25,182 bases of DNA from Actinomycetota bacterium (GTDB lineage: Bacteria; Actinomycetota; Thermoleophilia; UBA2241): contig JAAYBE010000275.1 in NCBI GenBank assembly GCA_012719015.1, forward strand, positions 1-25,182, read 5' to 3'. Numbering within the stretch: the stretch's first letter is position 1; each line of letters opens with the position of its first letter. Of this stretch, positions 7,226 to 14,614 are shown in pieces. The position numbers and the translations under genes were made by a program. The notes under the pieces are model-generated. The model made no database searches. It saw nothing but the letters and a program-made list of their open reading frames with translations, and was not told the DNA's origin.

Positions 7226-8839
7226 TTGACAGACCGGATCCAGCCCGCGGAGGGCCCGCGCCGCTACCTCGAAGTCCTGTGGCGGCGCAAGTGGTTCATC
7301 ATCGTGGCTCTGGTCGTCATCCCGGCGGCCGTCGTGACCGTCAGCCTCCGGCAGCCGACCCGTTACTCCGCGACCGCGCGGATGATGGCGCAGTCGCAGT
7401 CTCCGTCGATCAGCGTCGCGGTGGGCACGAATCTCGGCCTCTCACAGCCGAACGAGCGGGAGCTGCAGACGCTGGCGAGCTTCGCGGTGACGCGGGAGAT
7501 CGCGACCCGGGCGGCGAAGGACCTCGGCTGGGCCGACGCCCCGGCCGGACTGATGAAGAAGGTCACCGCCGAGGCCGACCCGAGCGCCGACGTCATCAAC
7601 GTGACCGCCGAATGGAGGACCCCGGAGGGGGCCGCCGACCTGGCCAACGCGTTCGCTCGCCAGTTCCTCCTCTGGCGCCAGGAGACCCTGCAGAAGTCGC
7701 TCGACGACGCCATCGTCCAGCTCGACGAGCGGATCTCCGCCACACGTGCGGGCAGCGCCGAGCGCACTGCTTTGGTAGAGCGTCGCGGCCAGCTCGAGGT
7801 GCTCAAGCCGCTGGTGAGCGGCGGCCTCACGATCGGCGAGGCCGCGCAACCGCCCACCACGCCCTCCTCCCCCAAGCCGTTGCGCGACACCGCCGTCGCG
7901 GTCGCCGCCGCCCTGGTGCTCGGCAGCGGGCTGGCGTTCCTGCGCGAAGCGCTCGACGTGCGGCTCCACAGCGCCCGCGAGATCGCCGAGCGGATAAGCC
8001 TTCCGGTCCTCGCGGAGGTCCCCGAGTTCCGCCGCCGCCGGCAGGGACCGGGCAGGCTCATCGTGCTCGACGACCCCCGCAGTCCGGGCGCCGAGTCATA
8101 TCGCTTCCTTCGCACCAACCTCGAGTTCGTCAACTTCAACCACGACGTCCGGACCATCGTCGTCACCAGCCCGCTGCCCAGCCAGGGCAAGTCGACCACC
8201 ATCGCCAACCTCGCGATCGCGCTCCTGGACGCAGGCAAGCGCGTCGCGGTCGTCGACGCGGACCTGAGGCGCCCGTCGCTGCACCGCACCTTCGAGGTCG
8301 GCAACACACGCGGCGTCAGCAGCGTCGTCTCCGGCGCCGTCCGTCTCCGCGAGGGCGTGCAACGGCTCTCCTTCAACAGCTCTGTCCCAGTGGGGACCCC
8401 CGCCCCCATCTCGGCGCGGCGGAGCGTGAAGGTCACCACGCTGGCGGAGGGTCCCGACGGCAGCGGCACGGAAGGGGGCGCTGACGCTCAGGAGCAGCAG
8501 ATGAGGCGGCGGGAGCTCGTGCTTCTCCCCTCGGGGCCACTCCCTCCGAACCCCGGGGAGATGGTCGGGTCGAGGCAGTTCGGCAAGGCGCTGCAGGATC
8601 TGGGCGCCGTGGCGGACTACGTCCTGGTCGATGCCCCACCCATGTTCGCCGTGGGCGATACGGCGGCGATGGCGCCCTGGGTCGACGGCCTGCTCGTGGT
8701 CCTCCGCCTGGAGGAGACGACCGCCGACACCATCAGACACGTGGAGGACTTCCTGGCGCGGACCCCCACCAGGGCGCTCGGCGTGGTCATCACCGGAGTC
8801 CGCCGCCCGAGCAGGGGCAAGTACTACTACGCCGACTGA
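7226..8839 (+). CDS. wzc: Polysaccharide co-polymerase / tyrosine autokinase (fused Wzc-type)
   Basis: TTG start with strong SD. YLEVLWRRKW plus TM1, RYSATA, SPKPLRD plus TM2, ESYRFLRTNL, Walker A QGKST, A' VDADLRRP, Walker B VLVDAPP and C-terminal GKYYYAD. Confidence 0.93.
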   Translation: MTDRIQPAEGPRRYLEVLWRRKWFIIVALVVIPAAVVTVSLRQPTRYSATARMMAQSQSPSISVAVGTNLGLSQPNERELQTLASFAVTREIATRAAKDLGWADAPAGLMKKVTAEADPSADVINVTAEWRTPEGAADLANAFARQFLLWRQETLQKSLDDAIVQLDERISATRAGSAERTALVERRGQLEVLKPLVSGGLTIGEAAQPPTTPSSPKPLRDTAVAVAAALVLGSGLAFLREALDVRLHSAREIAERISLPVLAEVPEFRRRRQGPGRLIVLDDPRSPGAESYRFLRTNLEFVNFNHDVRTIVVTSPLPSQGKSTTIANLAIALLDAGKRVAVVDADLRRPSLHRTFEVGNTRGVSSVVSGAVRLREGVQRLSFNSSVPVGTPAPISARRSVKVTTLAEGPDGSGTEGGADAQEQQMRRRELVLLPSGPLPPNPGEMVGSRQFGKALQDLGAVADYVLVDAPPMFAVGDTAAMAPWVDGLLVVLRLEETTADTIRHVEDFLARTPTRALGVVITGVRRPSRGKYYYAD

Positions 8840-8928
8840 CGCGGGGCCGACGGGATCCCCGTACGGACCCTCCGCCCCACCTCCTGCGCACACCGCCGGA
8901 CGGCCTGCGACGACGCGGCCACCCGTGT

Positions 8929-8942
8929 TGTCATCGCTGACG
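8929..8942. promoter_or_regulatory. Imperfect copy TGTCA-TCGC-TGACG of the 7073 palindrome, upstream of the beta-helix gene
   Basis: Same TGTCA-N4-TGAC spacing as 7073-7086 with one mismatch; lies 22 nt upstream of a weak -10-like AACAAT (8965-8970). Confidence 0.3.
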
Positions 8943-8973
8943 ACAGATAAGCGTCCAGGTCCTCAACAATCGT

Positions 8974-9127
8974 CTCTGCGCGCCGATTCCACCCTCTGGA
9001 GAGCAGCGCGAGCTGCTCGTTCCACCGCCATGGAGTCTCCGGCGGGTCGCGTCGCTGCGGCAGAGGCCTCGCGCGGTCGTCGTCAGCCTGACTGTGACCC
9101 TCCGCTCCCTGCTCCGGAGGGATCACG
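8974..9127 (+). promoter_or_regulatory. Candidate structured 5' leader (cis-regulatory RNA) with GNRA-capped hairpin and SD-sequestering hairpin
   Basis: GAGCAGC-GCGA-GCTGCTC (9001-9018) is nested in TGGA/TCCA and ATTCCA/TGGAGT stems. GTGACCCTCCG (9094-9104) pairs with CGGAGGGATCAC (9115-9126), which contains the SD. Confidence 0.4.
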
Positions 9128-11218
9128 GTGCACAAGAAAGCCGCGGCGTCAGGCGTACTCGTCGTACTGCTGCTGGCGGCACTCCTTGGCGCCTCATCCC
9201 TGGCCTCCGCGAAGCCCAGGGCCCTGCGCTACCGGATCGTCAGGCACACGCGCAGCTTCGATGTGGTCAAAGGGCACGGCAAACGGCTGGTGGTGCGGCG
9301 TCACGTCAGATACGTGCGCGTCCACGGAGTGCGCCGCTACAGGGTGGTGCGCAGACACCGGCGGTCGATGCTGCTGCGGCGGCTTCCCCGCACCGCGAGG
9401 TCCACATCAGGCGACACTCCGATCACGTCCGGGAGTGCGGAACCGGCGGGCCTGCCGGCGACGGCGAGCAGCGCACAGGAAGCATGCCCGGCCTCCAACG
9501 GCAACGACGGAGTGGAGGCTACCCGCTGGGAGGCCGGTTCGCCGGACTACCCCCAATGGTGGGCCCTCGATCTCGGCTCCGTGAAGACGGTGACCGGCGT
9601 GCGGACGTCCTGGCACTCCGCCGTCCCGGACGGCCGCTACCAGTACCGGATCGAGACCAGCGTCGACGGCGCGTCGTTCACCACTGCCGTCGACCGCAGC
9701 GCGAACCGTACGCAGGGACTCACGACCGACGCCCTGCGCGTGGCCGCACGGTATGTGCGGATCCTGATCGTCGGCGCGAGCGCCGGCGCCCTGCCGGCGT
9801 CGGTGAACGAAGTCATCGTCTTCTCGACCGACGCCCCTCCGGCGCCGCCGGCCGACCGCTACGTGGCCAGGTGCGGCAGCGACGCGACCGGGGACGGCTC
9901 CGCCTCGCGCCCCTGGCGTACCATCCAGAAAGCCGCTGAGAGCGTGACGGCCGGCGCCGTGGTCGCCGTCGGCCCGGGCGTCTACGACGAGCGCGTCGTC
10001 ATCCCCTCCCGCGCGGGCGGCGACGCCGGCGCCCCCACCCGCTTCGTCGCCGACGGAAAGGTGGTCGTCGCGCAGGGCTTCGTCGTCAACTCCCATCACA
10101 CTGTCCTCGACGGATTCGAGATCACGCCCGGCTCGTCGTGTATCACTGACGGCCAGAGGACGGTCGGCCAGGTCCAGGTGACAGGCAGCCACGCCACCCT
10201 CAGGGGTCTGTACATCCACGACCTCGCCCGCGGCACCGGCATCACCATCGCGCCCGGCGCGACGCACACCACCATAGAGGACTGCACCATCAGCAGGCCC
10301 CGCCAGGGAGGCATCGGCTCGACGAACGACAAGCGCGGGCCCTCTTATACGACGGTGAGGAACTGCACCATCACGAAGTGGGCCGGTGAGGTCGGCATCG
10401 ACACGGTGGGAGACCACTGGACCGTGGAGGGCTGTACGCTGCGCGGCGTCACGGCCTCCGACTACCAGAACGCGGCCACCCAGAACGGCGACGGCATCTG
10501 GACGAACCACAGCACCGGCAACGTGATCCGCGGGTGTCGCATCTACGACATCTGGTCCCACGAGGGCTTCGCCCGCCAGCACGCCGACTGCATCCAGTTC
10601 TGGACCAGCTGTCGCGGCCTGGTGGTCGAGGGCTGCACGCTGGGCTCCTGGAAGCCGGGAGGGGCCGAGAACACGCCCGGCCCGACGCAGTGCATCATGC
10701 TGGGCACGATCTCGGACGGCTCCTCCTGCGACATCACCGTCAGGAACAGCCTCCTCCTCTGCGGAGTGGCCAGGAACACCCACCCCACCGCCAGCGGATG
10801 CACCGACGGCACGCTGGACGTGACCCTGATCAACAACACGTTCTTCTCCAACTACCCGGAACTGGCCCACGTGACGAGGCTCACCGCGCGCAACAACGTC
10901 TTCTACAGCCACCGGGGCTTCGGCGGCGTCGTCGACGCGGACCACAACGCCTTCCTCTGGAACGCCTGGGAGGGCGGCGGCAGCACGATGTCGGCCAAAG
11001 AGGGGCCGAACTCACTCGGCACGAGCTACGCCACGAGACTGGACGCCGCCGAGGTCTTCGTCGACCCCTCGGTGGACGCCGCCCACGACTACGGTCTCGG
11101 CGCCGACTTCCGCCCGAGAGGCGTCCTGGCGGACGCCGGCGACCCCGCGCGGGCCCCGTCGTGCGACCTCGCGGGAGTGAGTCGAGGCTGCCCGCCGGGC
11201 ATCGGCGCCTTCAGGTGA
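9128..11218 (+). CDS. Secreted protein: signal peptide, Arg-rich segment, F5/8 type C (CBM32/discoidin) domain and right-handed parallel beta-helix domain (putative polysaccharide-acting enzyme)
   Basis: 696 aa; signal peptide ending ASA. CBM32 motifs DG..ATRW, PQWWALDLG, YRIETSVDG and ARYVRI. DUF1565-like YV..GSD..GDGS..PWRTIQKAA...VGPGVY, then beta-helix repeats with HADCIQ. SD GGAGGG. Confidence 0.88.
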   Translation: MHKKAAASGVLVVLLLAALLGASSLASAKPRALRYRIVRHTRSFDVVKGHGKRLVVRRHVRYVRVHGVRRYRVVRRHRRSMLLRRLPRTARSTSGDTPITSGSAEPAGLPATASSAQEACPASNGNDGVEATRWEAGSPDYPQWWALDLGSVKTVTGVRTSWHSAVPDGRYQYRIETSVDGASFTTAVDRSANRTQGLTTDALRVAARYVRILIVGASAGALPASVNEVIVFSTDAPPAPPADRYVARCGSDATGDGSASRPWRTIQKAAESVTAGAVVAVGPGVYDERVVIPSRAGGDAGAPTRFVADGKVVVAQGFVVNSHHTVLDGFEITPGSSCITDGQRTVGQVQVTGSHATLRGLYIHDLARGTGITIAPGATHTTIEDCTISRPRQGGIGSTNDKRGPSYTTVRNCTITKWAGEVGIDTVGDHWTVEGCTLRGVTASDYQNAATQNGDGIWTNHSTGNVIRGCRIYDIWSHEGFARQHADCIQFWTSCRGLVVEGCTLGSWKPGGAENTPGPTQCIMLGTISDGSSCDITVRNSLLLCGVARNTHPTASGCTDGTLDVTLINNTFFSNYPELAHVTRLTARNNVFYSHRGFGGVVDADHNAFLWNAWEGGGSTMSAKEGPNSLGTSYATRLDAAEVFVDPSVDAAHDYGLGADFRPRGVLADAGDPARAPSCDLAGVSRGCPPGIGAFR

Positions 11219-11223
11219 GCGCC

Positions 11224-11244
11224 GCGGCCGGCAGGCGCGGCCGC
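11224..11244. terminator. GC-rich hairpin between convergent genes (possible terminator, no U-tract)
   Basis: GCGGCCG-N7-CGGCCGC starts 5 nt after the beta-helix stop. Chance occurrence is plausible at this GC content. Confidence 0.25.
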
Positions 11245-11303
11245 ACCGACGCAGCGGACCCGGGCCCGGCGCCCGGCGTGCAGGACGCGCCCGCCGCGCG
11301 GCG

Positions 11304-11852
11304 TCAGAGCTCGTCTGACGCCGCCCCGGCTCCGTCGATCGGCCTGGCCGGATTCCCTGCGTAGCGGCCGCCGGACGCCAGGTCGCGGGTGACGACGCTG
11401 CCCGCGCCCACCACGCAGCGGTCGCCGATGGTCACCCCGGGCAGGACGATTGAGAAGGCGCCGATCCAGCACTCCCGGCCCACGACGATGGGCCGCCCCG
11501 TCGGCGGCGTCCCCACTTCGTGATGGGACGTGATGAAGCGGACGCCCATGCCGACGAGGCACCCGGGGCCGATCGCGATGGAGCCCTTGTTGTCGAAGAA
11601 GCAGTCCCAGTTGACGAACGTGCCGGCGCCGATCTCGACCTGCACCCCGCCGAAGAAGCAGCGGGGGCTGATCACCACGCGCCGCCCCAGACGCAGACCC
11701 GCCCTCCTGAGCACCCTCGTGCGCAGCGCGTCCGACACCAGCGGCGAGGCGACCGGGCCGTTGAGCAGGAGGTCCCTGCGGAAGTGGTCGCCCACGCCGA
11801 TCTGCCTGAGCGCCTTCGATCCGAGCACCTTCAGCGGGAGCCGTTCGGCCAT
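11304..11852 (-). CDS. Hexapeptide-repeat acyltransferase (maltose O-acetyltransferase-like, probable polysaccharide O-acetyltransferase)
   Basis: 182 aa; left-handed beta-helix repeats VEIGAGTFVN, IAIGPGCLVG, GRPIVVGRECWIG and VLPGVTIGDRCVVGAGSVVTRD, ending in YAGNPARPI. Confidence 0.93.
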   Translation of the reverse strand: MAERLPLKVLGSKALRQIGVGDHFRRDLLLNGPVASPLVSDALRTRVLRRAGLRLGRRVVISPRCFFGGVQVEIGAGTFVNWDCFFDNKGSIAIGPGCLVGMGVRFITSHHEVGTPPTGRPIVVGRECWIGAFSIVLPGVTIGDRCVVGAGSVVTRDLASGGRYAGNPARPIDGAGAASDEL

Positions 11853-11858
11853 GGATGC

Positions 11859-11864
11859 ATCCTA
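11859..11864 (-). promoter_or_regulatory. Candidate -10 (TAGGAT) placed for a leaderless transcript of the acyltransferase
   Basis: TAGGAT, 6 nt, then ATG 11852; no SD upstream. It overlaps the palindrome GGATGCATCC (11853-11862). Confidence 0.45.
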
Positions 11865-11947
11865 CAACCGCGGGGCTGCCGGAGCCGGATCCGCATCACG
11901 TCACGAGCGTCGGCCTCCGAGTCTCCGCCGGCCCGCCTCGCGGCGCC

Positions 11948-13498
11948 TCACGGCGCCGCATCCCGACGCGAGCCCCTGCCCGCCAGGCCGTCGAGCAGCC
12001 GTACGATCCTCGCCACGACGCCGCTCCCCTGGCCTCCATGGCCGGCCGCGTCGAGCCGCCCGCGGATCTCCCGCCAGACGAGTCCTCCGCGTGCTCTGGT
12101 GACGGTCCAGAGCAGGTACGCCGCGGCCGCCGTCATCTGCACGGCGAGTATCGGCGGCGCACCCAGGCCGAGCCGACCCAGGCCGACGTGCAGACCGTAG
12201 AGCCCCGCCCCGGTGACGACCCCGGCGACGACACCCACGCCGTGGGCGCGCGCGATGTCGACGACGCCGAGGCTGAGCAGTCGCCGCATCACCGGCACGT
12301 AGGCCAGGTTCGTGAGCAGCTCGGAGACGGCGAACGCCCCCGCGATGCCCACGATGCCGAACCGGGCCAGCGCGACGAGGAGCAGCGCCAGCCAGCCGAG
12401 ACGGCAGACCGAGATCAGGATCTTGACGTTCAGGGTCGCCGTCGCCTCACAGAGCATGGCCCCGAAGTGCGTCAGCAGGGAGAGCGGCGCCGCCAGCGAG
12501 AGCAGGGCGAGAGCCGGGACGGCCGCGCTCCACTGCGGCCCCAGCACCGTGGCGATGACCTCGTGCGCGGCCCCGGCGACGCCCCAGGCGACGGGGACGA
12601 TGACGGCGGCCACCACCGTGAGGGTCGCCAGATAAAGCGAGCGCAACCGCTCGCGCTCGAACTGGATGCGGCTGTACCCGGGCAGCAACACCCGGGAGAG
12701 GCTCGTCACCATGAGCTGCAGGGGGACGGTGGCCAGACTGGTCGCGCGCGTGTACAGACCGGTCGCCCGCGGTCCCAGGTAATGACCCGCCCACAACGTG
12801 TCGAGGTTGGTGCCGGCGAACTCGGCGATGCCGATGAGAGAGACCCGAGCACCGAACGAGTAGATCGCCTTGAACGACCGCGCACTCAACCCGAGCCCGA
12901 CGTCCGCCCGGCACAGGAGCAGGTAGGCGGTGGCCAGGAGGGTGGCCTGCCCCAGGGACGCCGTCACGAGGCTCCAGACGCCGAACCCCGCGTAGGCCAG
13001 TCCGAGCCCGAGTGCCGCGTAGCCGAGCAGATACGAGCCGATCTCCGTGAGCGCGATCGGACGGAAGGCGAAGCGGCGCCGCAGCAGGCCGTGCGTGGTG
13101 GCCGTGAAACCGCCGATCACCAGCGTGAGCGACATCACGCGCGTCACGGGCACGATGCCGGGCGTATGCGGGAAGAGCGCCCCCGCCAGGGGTGCGAGGA
13201 CGACGAAGAGAACGCAGAGGCCCACGCCGATGAGCGCGGCGGAGGTGAACGCGGTGCGCACGTCACGCGCGTCCAGCTCCGGCTTCTGGACCACCGCTTG
13301 TCCGGCGCCGGCCTGGGCGAAGTACTGTGCGAAGCGCAGCAGCACCAGGGCCATCGCGACCACCCCGAACTCGCTCGGAGTGAGCACCCGGGCGAGGATC
13401 GCGGTGACGGAGAGCTGCAACGCGAAGACGACCACCGTGGAGAGATAGCTCCACTTGAGGCCGTGGATGGTCTCGGCCGTGAGGTTACTGCTTCGCAT
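11948..13498 (-). CDS. wzx: Wzx-type polysaccharide repeat-unit flippase (PST/MOP family, WzxC-like)
   Basis: 516 aa polytopic protein; GLKWS...ILARVLTPSEFG...G...AVVQ, LLRRRFAFRPIA, GFGVWSLV and GLYTRA motifs. Confidence 0.93.
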   Translation of the reverse strand: MRSSNLTAETIHGLKWSYLSTVVVFALQLSVTAILARVLTPSEFGVVAMALVLLRFAQYFAQAGAGQAVVQKPELDARDVRTAFTSAALIGVGLCVLFVVLAPLAGALFPHTPGIVPVTRVMSLTLVIGGFTATTHGLLRRRFAFRPIALTEIGSYLLGYAALGLGLAYAGFGVWSLVTASLGQATLLATAYLLLCRADVGLGLSARSFKAIYSFGARVSLIGIAEFAGTNLDTLWAGHYLGPRATGLYTRATSLATVPLQLMVTSLSRVLLPGYSRIQFERERLRSLYLATLTVVAAVIVPVAWGVAGAAHEVIATVLGPQWSAAVPALALLSLAAPLSLLTHFGAMLCEATATLNVKILISVCRLGWLALLLVALARFGIVGIAGAFAVSELLTNLAYVPVMRRLLSLGVVDIARAHGVGVVAGVVTGAGLYGLHVGLGRLGLGAPPILAVQMTAAAAYLLWTVTRARGGLVWREIRGRLDAAGHGGQGSGVVARIVRLLDGLAGRGSRRDAAP

Positions 13499-13595
13499 CG
13501 CGACGCCGTGTCCGGGTCGGGCCGCCGATCAGCACCTCGTGACGTCGTCTCACGACGACGCGGCCCCACCACGGCCCGGCATATGGCGACCCGTA

Positions 13596-13601
13596 TATCA
13601 T
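13596..13601 (+). promoter_or_regulatory. Candidate -10 element (TATCAT) for the GT2/Wzy unit
   Basis: Lies in the only AT-rich patch (GTATATCATG) of the wzx/GT2 divergent spacer. Confidence 0.35.
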
Positions 13602-13732
13602 GTCCGGGTGAACCCTAGCGGACTTCACGCCCCGACGCCCGCCCCCGTGGCGGTGCACGGGACTGCGGACGACGGCGATCGAGGCTGGGGCCGCGGCGAC
13701 GGAGCCGCTCACGCGCGAGGAGGCAGGGGATC

Positions 13733-14614
13733 GTGGGTGTCTGGACGGTGATCGCTCACTACGGCGACGTGTACGCCACACGTGAGGCGGTCAACGCCGT
13801 CCTCGCCGGCTCTGAGCGCCCGGAGACCGTCCTGCTGGTCGACAATCAGGGCGACCTGCCCGCGTTCGACGATGAGGCCGTGCAGGTGGAGCGCCCGGGC
13901 GACAACATCGGCTTCGCCGGCGCCTGCGTGCTGGGCATGCGCCGGGCGCTGGCCGCCGGCGCCGACTGGGTGTGGTTCGTCAACAACGACGCAGAGCCCG
14001 GCCCGGAGTGTCTGGAGCGCCTTCTGGACGCCGGGGCGGCCGCGCCCCGCGCCGGGCTCCTGAGCCCCGCGATCGAGCACCGCGACAGGGCGGGCTTCTG
14101 GTACGCGGGCGGCGACCTCGACCGGCGGCGCCTCCAGGTCGAGCATCGCGCGCGGCCGGAGCGGGACACGCCGCACGACGTGCCCTTCGTCACCGGATGC
14201 GCGTGGCTGGCGCGGCGCGCCTTCATCGAGCAGTGCGGCCCCCTGGACGCGGGCCTCTTCATGTACTTCGAGGACGTCGACTGGAGCCTCCGTGCGCAGG
14301 CGGCCGGCTGGCGCACGATGCTCGTGCCCGCGGCGCGCGTCGCCCACGACGCGGCGTACGCACACGGCCGACGCGTCTTCACGCCGACGGCCATCTACTA
14401 CATGACGCGCAACCGCCTGCTCCTGGCGCGGCGCTGGGGCTCCCCCGGGGCCGTGTTCGCGGCCGCTGTGACATGGGGCGGTCGCCAACTCGTCAAGTGC
14501 CGCTCCGCCGCGGCGGCCGCGAAGGTCGTCCTGGCGCTCTCGGCCGGTGTCCGGGACGGCGTGGCCGGCCGCCGAGGTCCGGCGCGCCCCGGGCTCGCCC
14601 GCAAGCTGCGATGA
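13733..14614 (+). CDS. Glycosyltransferase family 2
   Basis: 293 aa; LVDN, NIGFAGA, WVWFVNNDA, VTGCAWL, FMYFEDVDWS and YYMTRNRLL motifs of WbbL/RfbF-like GT2 proteins. Confidence 0.93.
   Translation: MGVWTVIAHYGDVYATREAVNAVLAGSERPETVLLVDNQGDLPAFDDEAVQVERPGDNIGFAGACVLGMRRALAAGADWVWFVNNDAEPGPECLERLLDAGAAAPRAGLLSPAIEHRDRAGFWYAGGDLDRRRLQVEHRARPERDTPHDVPFVTGCAWLARRAFIEQCGPLDAGLFMYFEDVDWSLRAQAAGWRTMLVPAARVAHDAAYAHGRRVFTPTAIYYMTRNRLLLARRWGSPGAVFAAAVTWGGRQLVKCRSAAAAAKVVLALSAGVRDGVAGRRGPARPGLARKLR

Noticed and set aside
8994-9065. Resemblance to a glycine riboswitch (CTCTGGAGAG ... CAGAG)
   Set aside because: The conserved core CCGAAG and CTCTCAGG elements are absent (CCGCCATGG and TCTCCGG instead) and the downstream gene is not glycine-related. 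c-di-GMP-I and c-di-AMP consensus elements are also missing.
8827-9135. 102-aa minus-strand ORF spanning the wzc/beta-helix spacer
   Set aside because: TTG start without an SD, overlaps both flanking genes, about 21 of 102 codons end in A/T, and there is no motif. The structured-leader reading explains the region better, though a small protein is not formally excluded.
13537-13555. Inverted repeat TCGTGA-N7-TCACGA resembling a CRP site upstream of wzx
   Set aside because: The spacer is 7 nt rather than the 6 nt CRP requires, and there is no second copy in the window.
13509-13609. 9-bp direct repeat TGTCCGGGT (13509-13517 and 13601-13609)
   Set aside because: A single GC-rich 9-mer pair in a 230-bp spacer is plausible by chance and has no supporting geometry.
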